A stretch of 43,990 bases of DNA from Gemmatimonadota bacterium (GTDB lineage: Bacteria; Gemmatimonadota; Gemmatimonadetes; Gemmatimonadales; GWC2-71-9): contig JBGPIJ010000001.1 in assembly GCA_041484865.1 (NCBI GenBank), positions 1 through 43,990 on the forward strand, read 5' to 3'. Every line of letters starts with the position of its first letter. Within the stretch, counting starts at the first letter, position 1. The notes beneath the pieces were generated by a model. The model made no database searches, was not told where the DNA came from, and saw only the letters and a program-made list of their open reading frames with translations. The position numbers and the translations under genes are program-made. Shown here piece after piece: positions 17,607-27,148 of the stretch.

Positions 17607-18491
17607 GTGAGCCCTCGGCCCGCTCCGGTAGTCGGCGTCATCGGGCCCGGCCGCGCCGGAACGGGGCTCGCGCTCGCGCTGGCGCAGGCAGGGTACGCGG
17701 TGTTGCTGCACGGCCGCCGAACGCAGCGTGTCCCGAAGCCCCTCAGCCTCACCGTCGGCCCAGCCGACACCCCGCCCGCCTGGATCGCCCAGGCGGGCGT
17801 CGTCGTTCTCGCCGTACCCGACGACGCGATCCGGCCTACGGCCGAGATGCTCGCGGGAGCGGCGGCGATCTCGGCGTCGCAGGTCGTGCTTCATCTCTCG
17901 GGCGTCCAGGGCCAAGAGGCGCTGGGCTCGCTCGTCTCGTCACGCGCCGCGCTCGGCTCGTTGCATCCGCTTCAGACCATCACCAATCCGGAACGCGCGC
18001 CGGATGAGCTGCAGGGCAGCTGGGCGGCCGTGGAAGGGATGCCGGCCGCGATCGCGGCGGCCGAAGTCCTGGCCCGGCGCGTCGGGATGCGCCCGTTTCG
18101 GGTCACCGGCGCGGCCAAAGCGGTCTACCACGCCGGGGCGGTGTTTGCCTCCAACTACTTCGTGGTCGTCGAGGCGGTCGCGCAGCGGCTCCTGCGGCAC
18201 GCCGGGCTGTCCGACGCCGACGCGTGGGCGGCGCTGCGCCCGTTGGTGCGGGGAACGTTCGAGCACCTGATGGAGCGGGAGCCGGGGGCCGTGCTCACGG
18301 GCCCCGTCGTTCGGGGCGACGAGCGAACCGTACGCCGGCACCTCGAGTCGCTGACGCACGACGACGCGCAGCTCTATCGCGCGCTGGGCCGCGCGGCGCT
18401 CGAGCTGGCGATGAAGAACGGGATGGATCGCGACACGGCAGCACGGGTTGCCCAGGCGCTCGACTCACCACCGGTCCAGGGCGCGTCGTGA
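17607..18491 (+). CDS. Rossmann-fold plus DUF2520-type protein (predicted NAD(P)-dependent oxidoreductase)
   Basis: VGVIGPGRAGTGLALAL (dinucleotide-binding) and a C-terminal LTGPVVRGDERTVRRHLESL motif that I associate with DUF2520. The GTG directly follows the ctpA TAG. Confidence 0.55.
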   Translation: MSPRPAPVVGVIGPGRAGTGLALALAQAGYAVLLHGRRTQRVPKPLSLTVGPADTPPAWIAQAGVVVLAVPDDAIRPTAEMLAGAAAISASQVVLHLSGVQGQEALGSLVSSRAALGSLHPLQTITNPERAPDELQGSWAAVEGMPAAIAAAEVLARRVGMRPFRVTGAAKAVYHAGAVFASNYFVVVEAVAQRLLRHAGLSDADAWAALRPLVRGTFEHLMEREPGAVLTGPVVRGDERTVRRHLESLTHDDAQLYRALGRAALELAMKNGMDRDTAARVAQALDSPPVQGAS

Positions 18492-18497
18492 CTCTCG

Positions 18498-19172
18498 CTA
18501 CTGACTCACCACGTGTACTCCGGACGGAACCGAAAACCTGAACTCCCGGTCGGGGATGGAGTCATTGACCCGGATTTTCCGCAGGATCACCGTGCGCACC
18601 TGACCCGACGTTTCGGTGATGTCGAGCCGGTGTACCAGGCTGTCGCTCCGGCCGATCCAGAGCACCGCCTCGCGATACGGCAGATCGTGCGCCCTGGGTT
18701 CGAGCGCGATCACGTCGGCGACGCCGTCGTTCTCTCCCGGCAGGGTGTCGGTGCGCACGTAGCGGGCGTTGTAACGTTCGCGCGCGTGGTCGACGAACTG
18801 CCCGATCAGGTTCGGGCCGGTGGTGCCGGTCGCGGGGATCGGCGTGCGGATCACCTGGCCTGGTGTGGTGCTGGGCGTGTAGAGCCAGAGATAGCGCCCG
18901 TCGGCCACGATGCGGTCGTTTTTCGGTGTGGTGAACCGCATCTCGAAAAAGTTGGGTCGCCGCTGGTAGAGCTTGCCGCGCGTCGTGTCAGGCTCACCGA
19001 TGAGCGGGTTGGTAATCACCTGGACAAAGTCCGCGCTCAAGGTCCCGGTGCGCTCGAAGGCGGCGCTCGCCGCATCGAGGATCGGGCCGGGGTCCGGGGC
19101 GGCCAATAAGACCGCCACCAGCGCCGCGCTCCGACCGCTCGACCGCCAGACCGCCCGACCGCTCTTTTTCAC
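18498..19172 (-). CDS. lolA: LolA-like outer-membrane lipoprotein carrier protein
   Basis: Signal peptide, then TLSADFVQVITNPL...GKLYQRRPNFFEMRFTTPKNDRIVADGRYLWLYTPS, which is LolA-family pattern. The GTG start overlaps the aroF stop (GTGA). Confidence 0.65.
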   Translation of the reverse strand: MKKSGRAVWRSSGRSAALVAVLLAAPDPGPILDAASAAFERTGTLSADFVQVITNPLIGEPDTTRGKLYQRRPNFFEMRFTTPKNDRIVADGRYLWLYTPSTTPGQVIRTPIPATGTTGPNLIGQFVDHARERYNARYVRTDTLPGENDGVADVIALEPRAHDLPYREAVLWIGRSDSLVHRLDITETSGQVRTVILRKIRVNDSIPDREFRFSVPSGVHVVSQ

Positions 19173-20209
19173 GCTCCCACCGAAGCAGGCTCCGCCACGC
19201 GGCGGCCGATCACTTCGGCGATCGCCCGCAGCTCGCGCATCAATTGCGTGAATTGCTCGGGAAAGAGCGACTGTGCGCCGTCCGAGAGCGCCATCTCAGG
19301 GTGGGGATGGACCTCCACCATGATGCCGTCGGCGCCTGCCGCGACCGCCGCCCGAGCCATGGGGATTACTTTGTCGCGCAGGCCAGTGCCGTGCGAGGGG
19401 TCCGCGATGATGGGCAGGTGCGAGAGCTGGTGCACGACCGGAATGGCGGTGATGTCGAACAGGTTGCGGGTGGCGGTATCGAACCCGCGCACCCCGCGCT
19501 CGCACAGGATGACGTCGTGATTCCCCTCGGCGAGCAGGTATTCCGCCGAGAGTAGCAGCTCCTCGATGGTTGCTGAGAGGCCGCGCTTCAGAAGCACCGC
19601 CCTCTTCGCCCGGCCCGCCGCCTTGAGCAGCGAAAAATTCTGCATGTTGCGGGCGCCGATCTGAATGATGTCCGCCACCTCGGCGATCGGCCCCACGCTT
19701 TCGGGGTCCATCGCCTCGGTGCAGATCAGCAGCCCCGTTTCGGCCCGCGCCTTGGCGAGCAGCTTCAGCGCCGGTTTCCCGAGTCCCTGGAATGAGTAGG
19801 GAGAGCTGCGGGGCTTCCATGCGCCCCCGCGCAGAATCGTCGCGCCGGCGTCCTTCACTTGGCGGGCGGACTCGAGGATCTGGGCCTCGCTCTCCACGGA
19901 GCACGGGCCTGCGATGATGGCGATCTCGGTGCCGCCGATCGAGACGCCGCCCGGCAATCGCACGATGGTCGGCTCCGGCTGCCATTCACGACTGACCTGT
20001 TTGTAAGGGCGGGTGACCTGAATGACTTCCTGCACGCCCGGCAGCCCTTCGAGGCGCGACGCGTCCACCCGACCGTCGTTGCCGACCAATCCGACGGCGG
20101 TGCGCTGCGCACCCGGCATGGGGCGCGCCTCGTACCCCAGGTCCCGGATCAACGCGACGACGCGCTGGATTTCCTGCTCGGTTGCGCCGTGGCGCATGAC
20201 GATCAACAC
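19169..20209 (-). CDS. aroF: 3-deoxy-7-phosphoheptulonate (DAHP) synthase, type I-beta with an N-terminal ferredoxin-like regulatory domain
   Basis: N-terminal MLIVMRHGATEQEIQRVV... domain, then AGPCSVES...LRGGAWKPRSSPYSFQGLG...DPSH... (KDO8P/DAHP synthase I-beta motifs). Confidence 0.85.
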   Translation of the reverse strand: MLIVMRHGATEQEIQRVVALIRDLGYEARPMPGAQRTAVGLVGNDGRVDASRLEGLPGVQEVIQVTRPYKQVSREWQPEPTIVRLPGGVSIGGTEIAIIAGPCSVESEAQILESARQVKDAGATILRGGAWKPRSSPYSFQGLGKPALKLLAKARAETGLLICTEAMDPESVGPIAEVADIIQIGARNMQNFSLLKAAGRAKRAVLLKRGLSATIEELLLSAEYLLAEGNHDVILCERGVRGFDTATRNLFDITAIPVVHQLSHLPIIADPSHGTGLRDKVIPMARAAVAAGADGIMVEVHPHPEMALSDGAQSLFPEQFTQLMRELRAIAEVIGRRVAEPASVGA

Positions 20210-20979
20210 GCCGCTGCTCCTCCAATCGTGAACCGGTCGCCGTCCTTGGCGACCGAAATCGGGCCCTTGAACCGCTCACCCGCGCCGCGGGCCGGGTCGG
20301 AAGTCTCGACCGGCGGATAGAAGTGCGTCAACACGAGCTGCCGGGCGTGCGCGGCGCGGGCGAGCTCGCCCGCCTGCTGCGGCGTCAGGTGAATGTCCAC
20401 CGCCAGCGCTTCCGGCAGCGAGCATTCGGCGAGCAGGAGACTGCACCCGTCCGCCCAACGCGCCAGCTCCTCGCTCGGTCCCGTATCTCCTGTATACACG
20501 AGACGCCCCTCGGGGGCCGTCAGGCCGACGGCGACGCTTTCCGGGGTATGCGGCACCCGGCAGGTCTCGAGGCTCACCTCGGCATTCAGGGGAAATGGCT
20601 CGTGGTCGCGCACATCGAGGATGCCGATCGGAAAGCCGGGATCGAGCAGCCATGGCCCGTAGCCCTGGCCCAGCGCCTTCATGAGGCGCACGGTCCCGGC
20701 GGGTCCGAGGATCACGAGCGGCTCGGTGCGCGGTTTTTCGGTCGCGTGCCGCAGCGCGAACACGAGCATCGGCAGCTCGCCGAAATGGTCGGGATGAAAG
20801 TGCGTCAGAACGACGTGCGTGACCTGGTGCCACGGTAGCCCGAACTGGGCCAGGCGGTGCAGCGTTCCCGCCCCGCAGTCCAGTAGGATGCACAGATCTC
20901 CGCGGCTCACCCAATGGCACGGAGCGGTGCGGTGCGCCGACGGCGCGACCGTGCCGGTACCGACGGTGACGAGGTCCAT
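20203..20979 (-). CDS. MBL-fold metallo-hydrolase (RNase Z/ElaC-like)
   Basis: LLDCGAGT...VVLTHFHPDHFGELP...TGDTG...LTHF. The ATG at 20979 was chosen; the track ORF extension to 21381 runs into smc. Confidence 0.7.
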   Translation of the reverse strand: MDLVTVGTGTVAPSAHRTAPCHWVSRGDLCILLDCGAGTLHRLAQFGLPWHQVTHVVLTHFHPDHFGELPMLVFALRHATEKPRTEPLVILGPAGTVRLMKALGQGYGPWLLDPGFPIGILDVRDHEPFPLNAEVSLETCRVPHTPESVAVGLTAPEGRLVYTGDTGPSEELARWADGCSLLLAECSLPEALAVDIHLTPQQAGELARAAHARQLVLTHFYPPVETSDPARGAGERFKGPISVAKDGDRFTIGGAAAC

Positions 20980-20993
20980 ATGGGTCGCGGCGC

Positions 20994-23900
20994 TCAGACG
21001 AGCTCGGGTTCGTTCAACCGGACGCCGACGATCGTGGAGACACCGGGTTCCTGCATCGTCACGCCGTACACGGCGTCGGCCGCCTGCATCGTTCGCGGGT
21101 TGTGCGTGATGACGATGAACTGCGTCTGGTCCTTGAACTCGGCGAGCAGCCGCACGTAGCGGCCCACATTGGCGTCGTCGAGCGGCGCATCGACCTCGTC
21201 GAGCAGGCAGAACGGGCTCGGCTTCGCGAGGAAGATCGCGAACAGGAGCGACACGGCGACGAGGGTGCGCTCCCCGGAGGAGAGCAGGTGGATGCGCTGC
21301 GTGCGCTTCCCGCGCGGCGCGGCGTTGATCTCGATGTCGCTCTCGAGCGGGTCGTCCTCGTTCGAGAGCCGGACGTCGCATTCACCCCCGCCGAACAGCG
21401 TCTGGAACACGCCGCGGAAGTTCTCGCGCACCTTCGAAAACGATTCGAGGAACAGCGCCTTGGCAGTCTGATCGATCTCGCGCGCCGCCTGCTGGAGGGA
21501 GTTCCGCGCCGCGAGCAGGTCGTCTCGCTGCGTCATGAGAAACTCGAGTCGCTTCATTTCCTCGCCATGCTCCTCCACCGCCAGGGCGTTGACGGGCCCC
21601 ACAGCGTCGATCGCCGCCCGGAGGCGCTCGTTCTCCTGTCGCAGCCATTCGACCTCTCCCGGCACCTCCGGCGCTTCCGCCAGGAGCCGCTCCAGCGGCT
21701 TGCGCCACTCGGCTTCGACTCGGGCGGCCAATGCCTGCTTCTGGCCGAGGATCTCGGAGCGCTCGAGCTCGAGCCGGTGTGCTTCTTGACCCAGTGTATC
21801 GAGCGAGGTCCGGGCGTCCTCGACGCGCGCTTCAGCGGCGGTCAGCGCCTCGTCCGCCTCGCGCACCCGGGTCTCGGCGGCCCCGGCCGCCGTCTCGAGG
21901 GTGGTGAGCGCTTGGCGCCGCTCTTGGAGTGCGTCTTCCCACTCCGCCTGCTGTGCGGCGAGCGCGGCGGAGTCCTGTTCGATCGCGGCGATCTCGCGCG
22001 CGAGATCGCCGGCCTGGTGGCGCGCAGCGTCTGCCTCGGCGCCGGCGCGGGCGGCGCGGTCGGCGGCGGCGACGCGGCGTGCCTCCACCTGGGCGGCCTC
22101 CACCTGCCAGCGCACCCGCTCCTCGCGGGCCGCCTCCTGCGCCGCTTCGAGCTCGGTCAACCGCGCGCGCTCGCCGCCGAGGCGCTCGTCCAATCGCACC
22201 CGGTCGAGCTCGCTCTGCTCGAGATCCGCCTGCACCGCCGCCAGGCGCCGCTCGATTTCAGCCAGCCGAACCGCGAGGCGCTCCACATGAGCCACGGCAT
22301 CGATCGCCTCGCGCCGGGCGTGCGCTGCGGCCCGGGCCGCGTCGCTCTGGTGCGCTCCCGCCTCGAGCGCGATCTGCCGCGCGCGCTCCGCGGTACTCGC
22401 GGCCGTGGCGAACGCGGCCTCCGCGGCGGCGAGCTCCGCGAGCGCCTGTTCCAGCTCCTCGGTCGCCCGGGCGCGCGCCGCTTCGCCTTCGCGAACCTCC
22501 CGGTCCAGGTCCTCGAGCTCGGCGCGCCGCAGCAACGGTCCACCCGCGCTTGCGGCGCTCCCGCCGGCGAGGAAGATCGCCCCGTTGGCGCGCCGCAGAT
22601 TGCGGCCGTCGTCCAGCACCTCGTGCCCGGCGAGGAGCGCCCGCACCCAGGCGACGGCCGGTCCCTCGACGCGCAGCTCGTCTTTGAGCGGATGGCCGTC
22701 GGCGCCGAGCCGGGGACCGGGGCTGCAGGGCAGGAGGAGCAGGGGACCGGGCTGCGCCCGCGCGTGCCAGGCGCGGATGTCGTTCGCCGCCGCTGGATCT
22801 CGCACCAGCACCGCGTGGATCCATTCGCCGAGCAGTCGCTCGGCCAGCTCCGCATCGCCGCGGTTCGTGCGCACAAAGTCGGCGAGCGGTCCGAGCACCG
22901 CGTCCTCGAACTGCGCCTTGTCCCGGAGCAGCGCCTGTGCCGCGGGGGCGAGACCGACCCGCTCGCGGTCGAGCTCCGCCAAGGCGTCGCGCCGGGCGGT
23001 GACCTGCGCCAGCGCCTCCTCCATCTGGCGCCGCACCGCGCGCCCGCGCGCCTCGCGCTCTTGCGCGGCCGCGACGCGGTGGCGGGCCCGCTCCACCGCT
23101 TCGGCGGTCTCGACCGCGACGCGGGCCTGGGCCGCCGCCCGCTCCGCTGTCGAGCCGGCTTCGAGAACAGCGGCCCGCTCTGACGCCTCGCGGCTGGCGC
23201 GGTCGGTCGCCGCCACGCCCCATTGCTGTTTCATCTCGGCGCGCTCCCGCTCCAGGGCGGTGCGCTCCCCTTCGAGCGCGTGGCGGGTTTCCGCGCGGGT
23301 CTGGAGGTCTTCCTCGAGCGTGCGCACGCTGGCCCGCTGTCCGGTGAGCCGCTCGCGCACGTCCTGCTCTGCCGCCGCCCGGCGGTCCAGCTCGCCCTGA
23401 ACACCTCCCGCGTCTGCCTCGCCCGCGGACCGCTCGGCGAGGGCGGCGTCCCGCTCACGCTCGGCGTGTCCGGCCCGCAACTCCGCCTGGGTCCGATCCT
23501 GTCCCGCCTTGGCGCGGCGCTGGCCGGCGTTGTGCAGCCGCTCGGCGGCGAGCGCGAGGTCGCCTTCGAGCCGCCCGATCTCGAGCTTCGCATCGGCGAG
23601 CCGTCGCTCGATCTCGGTGCGCTGCGCCTCCGCGCTGTGCCGCGCCTGGGCGCGCCCTTCGCGCAGCCGCTCCGCGTCCACGAGGCCGCCGCGGGCCGCG
23701 GGCACCGTGCCCTCGAGCTCGGTCACCCGCACGCCAAGCGCGCCCAAGGCCAGGTCGAAGTCCTCGATCTCGCGGCGCACCAGCGTCAGCGCGATTCCGA
23801 AACGCTCCTCGATCATCTTGCCGTGTCGCTCGGCCTTGCCCCGCTGTCGCGCCAGGCTGCGGACCTGCGTCTGGATCTCGGCGATCAGATCTTCCAGGCG

Positions 23901-24467
23901 CGCGAGGTCGCCGCTCGTCTCTTCCAGCCGGCGCTCGGTGCTCCGCCTACGGTCGCGGTACAGGCCGATTCCCGCGGCCTCCTCGAACAGCGAGCGCCGC
24001 TCTTCGGCCTTCTCGGAGAGCAGGGCGTCGATCATCTTCGCTTCCATGACGACCGCCGCGTCGGCCCCGAGCCCGGTGCCGCGTAACAGGTCCTGGATGT
24101 CCCGCAGCCGGACCGGCGCGCGGTTGAGGAAGTAGTCGCTCTGGCCGGACCGCGACAGGCGGCGACTGACGACCACTTCCTGGTAGGCGATCGGCAGCGA
24201 GCCGTCCGAGTTGTCGAAGACGAGAGAGACCTCGGAAACGTTGACCGGGCGGCGCCCCGTCGAGCCCTGGAAAATGACGTCCTCCATCTTCCCGCCGCGC
24301 AGCAACCGCGGCGATTGCTCGCCCAATACCCAGCGCACCGCGTCCGAGATGTTCGACTTGCCGCAGCCGTTCGGTCCCACGATCGCCGTGACGCCGCCGT
24401 CGAACGGCAACTCCACCGCCCCCGCGAAGGACTTGAACCCCGACAACTCGAGCCGGCTCAATCTCAT
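20994..24467 (-). CDS. smc: Chromosome segregation protein SMC
   Basis: N-terminal Walker A (LELSGFKSF...IVGPNGCGKSNISDAVRWVLGEQS), long Ala/Glu/Arg coiled coils, and a C-terminal signature motif plus Walker B (LSSGERTLVAVSLLFAI...PFCLLDEVDAPLDD). 1157 aa. Confidence 0.95.
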   Translation of the reverse strand: MRLSRLELSGFKSFAGAVELPFDGGVTAIVGPNGCGKSNISDAVRWVLGEQSPRLLRGGKMEDVIFQGSTGRRPVNVSEVSLVFDNSDGSLPIAYQEVVVSRRLSRSGQSDYFLNRAPVRLRDIQDLLRGTGLGADAAVVMEAKMIDALLSEKAEERRSLFEEAAGIGLYRDRRRSTERRLEETSGDLARLEDLIAEIQTQVRSLARQRGKAERHGKMIEERFGIALTLVRREIEDFDLALGALGVRVTELEGTVPAARGGLVDAERLREGRAQARHSAEAQRTEIERRLADAKLEIGRLEGDLALAAERLHNAGQRRAKAGQDRTQAELRAGHAERERDAALAERSAGEADAGGVQGELDRRAAAEQDVRERLTGQRASVRTLEEDLQTRAETRHALEGERTALERERAEMKQQWGVAATDRASREASERAAVLEAGSTAERAAAQARVAVETAEAVERARHRVAAAQEREARGRAVRRQMEEALAQVTARRDALAELDRERVGLAPAAQALLRDKAQFEDAVLGPLADFVRTNRGDAELAERLLGEWIHAVLVRDPAAANDIRAWHARAQPGPLLLLPCSPGPRLGADGHPLKDELRVEGPAVAWVRALLAGHEVLDDGRNLRRANGAIFLAGGSAASAGGPLLRRAELEDLDREVREGEAARARATEELEQALAELAAAEAAFATAASTAERARQIALEAGAHQSDAARAAAHARREAIDAVAHVERLAVRLAEIERRLAAVQADLEQSELDRVRLDERLGGERARLTELEAAQEAAREERVRWQVEAAQVEARRVAAADRAARAGAEADAARHQAGDLAREIAAIEQDSAALAAQQAEWEDALQERRQALTTLETAAGAAETRVREADEALTAAEARVEDARTSLDTLGQEAHRLELERSEILGQKQALAARVEAEWRKPLERLLAEAPEVPGEVEWLRQENERLRAAIDAVGPVNALAVEEHGEEMKRLEFLMTQRDDLLAARNSLQQAAREIDQTAKALFLESFSKVRENFRGVFQTLFGGGECDVRLSNEDDPLESDIEINAAPRGKRTQRIHLLSSGERTLVAVSLLFAIFLAKPSPFCLLDEVDAPLDDANVGRYVRLLAEFKDQTQFIVITHNPRTMQAADAVYGVTMQEPGVSTIVGVRLNEPELV

Positions 24468-25693
24468 GGTGTGGTCTCCGTCCGGGTGACGAGGGTCGTG
24501 CGTACGCCGGCGCGGTGGAGCCGCGTCTCGGCGAGCGTCGCCTGTTCGGGGGACTCGAAGGCCCCCACCAGCATGCGGCCGTCCGCGGGCAACCGGACGG
24601 CCGGGACTCCGAGTGCGCGCAGTCCTTCGACATCAGTCGTCGGGGCGAGCGCGAGAGAGTAAGGCGCGAGCAGCAGGTCGCCTTCGCCCCGGGCGATCGC
24701 GCCCCGCTCCCATAGCGCGTTGCGCGCGGCCGCGGCCGCATCGCGCGTGGGGTAGAAGCCGGCGAGCACCCGATACCAGATCGTGCCCGGTCCCGAAGGC
24801 ACGGGGGTGACGAACGTGGGCGGTCCGTTCGTCGCGAGGCGGTGGGAGAGGTCGAGCGCGGCCGGGAGCGCCCCGAACGCGGCGACCTGGATCGTCCAGG
24901 CCACGGTATCGGTGCGGACTGGTGGACCGGCCACGGGACGCGGCGGATCGGCGCGGCGGGCGGGGACGGGCGTCGCGCGATTCCCCACGGCATCCTTCGC
25001 GAGCAACTGCCACCCGCCGGCGGCGCCCGCCACGAGCAGCGCCGTAACGGCGAGCAGGCGGGCCACCACGCGCCGGCCTCGGCTCGAGACGACCCGGTCC
25101 GTCACGGCGCGGGTAGGCGCCGGCGTCCAGCGCTCGCGCACGACGCCGAGCAGGGGTGCCCCGCGCTCCAGTGCCGCGGCGATGCCGGCGGGTCCGCCGG
25201 GGCCCGGCTCCAACCCGTCGGGCGACAAAACGAGGACCCCATCCGGCACCGCCGCCAACCGGCCCAGATCGGTGACGGAGAGGAATAGCAACAGGAGCGC
25301 GCCTTCGGCCTGGAACCCGCGCTGCAGCTTCTTCCAGCGCTCGTGCCCGAACAGGGCGTCGGGCTCCGCCGTCGGGGCGCCGGAACCGATGAAGAACACG
25401 CCGTCTACGTCGTGCGCCGCCTGCTCCAGCGACACGCCGAGCTCGAAGGCATCCACGATCCCCGCGCTCGGCTCGAGCCCGACGACTTCGTGCAGAGACG
25501 GCTGCTCGAGCACGAGGTCCACGAGGGCCACGCGCCGGCCGCTCCGCCCCGCGGCGCGCGCGACATCCCAGGCCGCCTCAGCGGCCCAGCGGCTGTCGGA
25601 CGACGCGGGCACGACCGCGACCAACGCCTTCGAGTCGAGTAGCGCGGGAATGAGATTCGCGAGCCGGGACCGGGGCAGGGCGCGCGGCGTCAT
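24464..25693 (-). CDS. Bitopic membrane protein: degenerate MinD/ParA/BY-kinase-like N-domain, one TM, Pro-rich linker, two C-terminal SPOR-like repeats
   Basis: ALVAVVPASSDSRW...GRRVALVDLVLEQPSLHEVVGLEPSAGIVD has ParA/BY-kinase-like topology but no GK[ST]. TM segment VVARLLAVTALLVAGAAGGW. SPOR-like repeat WTIQVAAFGALPAALDLSHRL...WYRVLAGFYPTRDAAAAA. ATGA overlaps at both ends. Confidence 0.6.
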   Translation of the reverse strand: MTPRALPRSRLANLIPALLDSKALVAVVPASSDSRWAAEAAWDVARAAGRSGRRVALVDLVLEQPSLHEVVGLEPSAGIVDAFELGVSLEQAAHDVDGVFFIGSGAPTAEPDALFGHERWKKLQRGFQAEGALLLLFLSVTDLGRLAAVPDGVLVLSPDGLEPGPGGPAGIAAALERGAPLLGVVRERWTPAPTRAVTDRVVSSRGRRVVARLLAVTALLVAGAAGGWQLLAKDAVGNRATPVPARRADPPRPVAGPPVRTDTVAWTIQVAAFGALPAALDLSHRLATNGPPTFVTPVPSGPGTIWYRVLAGFYPTRDAAAAARNALWERGAIARGEGDLLLAPYSLALAPTTDVEGLRALGVPAVRLPADGRMLVGAFESPEQATLAETRLHRAGVRTTLVTRTETTP

Positions 25694-27111
25694 GGCGGCT
25701 GGTAGATCCAGAACGGGCGGCCGAGTTTGCGTCCGATGATTTCGGCTTGCGCGCGCGTGGGGTAGGGACCGATGACCACCCGGTACCCGTCGTCCGGGGC
25801 CCGGGGAGGCAGGACCCGGGCGGCCAGCCCGGCACGAGAAAGCTGCTGGGCCATCTCGGTCGACCAGGTCTCGTTTTGCGAGATGGATACCTGGACGTAC
25901 AGCGGCCCGGCGGCGGAATCGCCGCCGCCGGCGGCGATTGCCGCGCTGGAGTCGGCTCCGGGACCGATCCGGTAGCTGCTTCGGGGTCGCCAGCTCGTGA
26001 ACAGCCACAGGTCGGCGTTGCCGCCCGCGACGCGCCCGGTCTCCTTCGTGGAATCCGGGCGTAGCGCCACGACGTCGTCTCCCTGGCCGACCAGCAGCGA
26101 GCCGTCGGGTGCGATGGCGGGAAGGTCCGCATTCCACGTCGTCGCAACGCTCCCCACCATGCGCCGCGTGGGGAGATCGACAACCCAGACCGAATCGCCG
26201 ACCGAGGGTCGCGCGAGCAGCCAGCGCCCCAAGGGGTCGATGCGCACCGTGGTCACGGGCGTCGGCAGGGCCACGCCATCGATCTCCGCTCGCTCGTACC
26301 GATCGATGACGGCGAGCCCGGCGCCGGTGCGGCGCGCCACGTAGACACGATGGCCGGAGGGAGAAAACGCGAGCCCACGCGGGTGATCGGCGAGCGGGAT
26401 GAACGCCGGCTCGCGGCGCCCCATGGGATCGAAGAGCAGCACGCCGCTGTCACTCGCGACGGTCACGAGGTCGCCCCACCGCGTCGCGGCGACGTCGCCC
26501 GCGAACGGCATCACGCGCGTAGCGGGAGGCTGATCGGCCGCGACGATGACCAAGGGCAAGGAGGACGGATGGGCCGAGTCGGCGGGCATCACCGCTACCA
26601 GCCGTTGATCGGGTCCACCGAAGAGGTCGTGGGGCACGGCAGCCAGGGGCTGAGGCCACGCGAGCCGCACGCGGCGCGCCACCGAGATGACGCGGTGTTT
26701 GCCGTCCACGGCGAAGAGAGTCTGGTCCGGCCCCAAGACGGCGATCAGCACGTTGGTCGCCGCCGTGTCGACCCGACTCGTCTCCAAGTCGACCGACAAC
26801 AGCTCGCCCTTGCTCGTCGTGAGGAATAGGAGTTCGGACTCAGGGTCGAGGCCCACCACCCGAGCCACTGCGGGGACGCGAGCCCGGACTGCGTCGGGGA
26901 TCTCCACGAGGCCGGGGAGCCAGTACGCCCGGACTTCGCCCCCCTTGCGAGGGAGGCGCAAGGCGATCGCGGGCGCCCGAACGCCACGGGGCGCCTTCGT
27001 GCTAACCGATTGTGGGGACTTGGCTTGCGAAGATTGCACTGCCGGCGCCTGTGATCGGCAGCTCCATAGCGCCAGGCTACCTACGAGGAGTGTCCAGTGA
27101 CGCGTGGGCAA
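25690..27111 (-). CDS. Putative lipoprotein: beta-propeller-like domain plus a C-terminal SPOR domain
   Basis: TTG start. Signal/lipobox-like N-terminus LLVGSLALWSC. Repetitive propeller-like segments (e.g. HRVYVARRTGAGLAVID...). C-terminal SPOR domain (LYVQVSISQNETWSTEMAQQLSRAGL...GYRVVIGPYPTRAQAE). Confidence 0.6.
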   Translation of the reverse strand: MPTRHWTLLVGSLALWSCRSQAPAVQSSQAKSPQSVSTKAPRGVRAPAIALRLPRKGGEVRAYWLPGLVEIPDAVRARVPAVARVVGLDPESELLFLTTSKGELLSVDLETSRVDTAATNVLIAVLGPDQTLFAVDGKHRVISVARRVRLAWPQPLAAVPHDLFGGPDQRLVAVMPADSAHPSSLPLVIVAADQPPATRVMPFAGDVAATRWGDLVTVASDSGVLLFDPMGRREPAFIPLADHPRGLAFSPSGHRVYVARRTGAGLAVIDRYERAEIDGVALPTPVTTVRIDPLGRWLLARPSVGDSVWVVDLPTRRMVGSVATTWNADLPAIAPDGSLLVGQGDDVVALRPDSTKETGRVAGGNADLWLFTSWRPRSSYRIGPGADSSAAIAAGGGDSAAGPLYVQVSISQNETWSTEMAQQLSRAGLAARVLPPRAPDDGYRVVIGPYPTRAQAEIIGRKLGRPFWIYQPP

Positions 27112-27113
27112 AT

Positions 27114-27148
27114 GGCCTCGCCGGACAAGATAGGCAACCGGCGAGGCC
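27114..27148 (-). promoter_or_regulatory. Perfect 11-bp GC-rich hairpin that ends two nt before the TTG start of the SPOR/propeller gene
   Basis: ggcctcgccgg (27114-27124) and ccggcgaggcc (27138-27148) are exact reverse complements, with a 13-nt loop. The only SD-like GAGG lies inside the start-proximal arm. Confidence 0.45.

Noticed and set aside
21102-24135. Long plus-strand ORFs (693, 331, 287 and 252 aa) and apparent repetitiveness inside the smc region. I considered tandem repeats, a CRISPR-like array or overlapping genes.
   Set aside because: The periodicity comes from GCG/GAG/CGC codon runs that encode the Ala/Glu/Arg coiled coil of SMC. There are no exact repeat units with unique spacers. 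The antisense and off-frame translations are low-complexity.
1867-26137. Long 5' extensions of track ORFs (1867.., 3260.., 5135.., 5650.., 14464.., 10319..11890, 20203..21381, 24464..26137, 30912..31595, 34488..36353).
   Set aside because: In each case the family-specific sequence begins at an internal ATG/GTG/TTG that abuts or overlaps the upstream gene's stop codon. The extension overlaps the upstream gene in another frame and is low-complexity.
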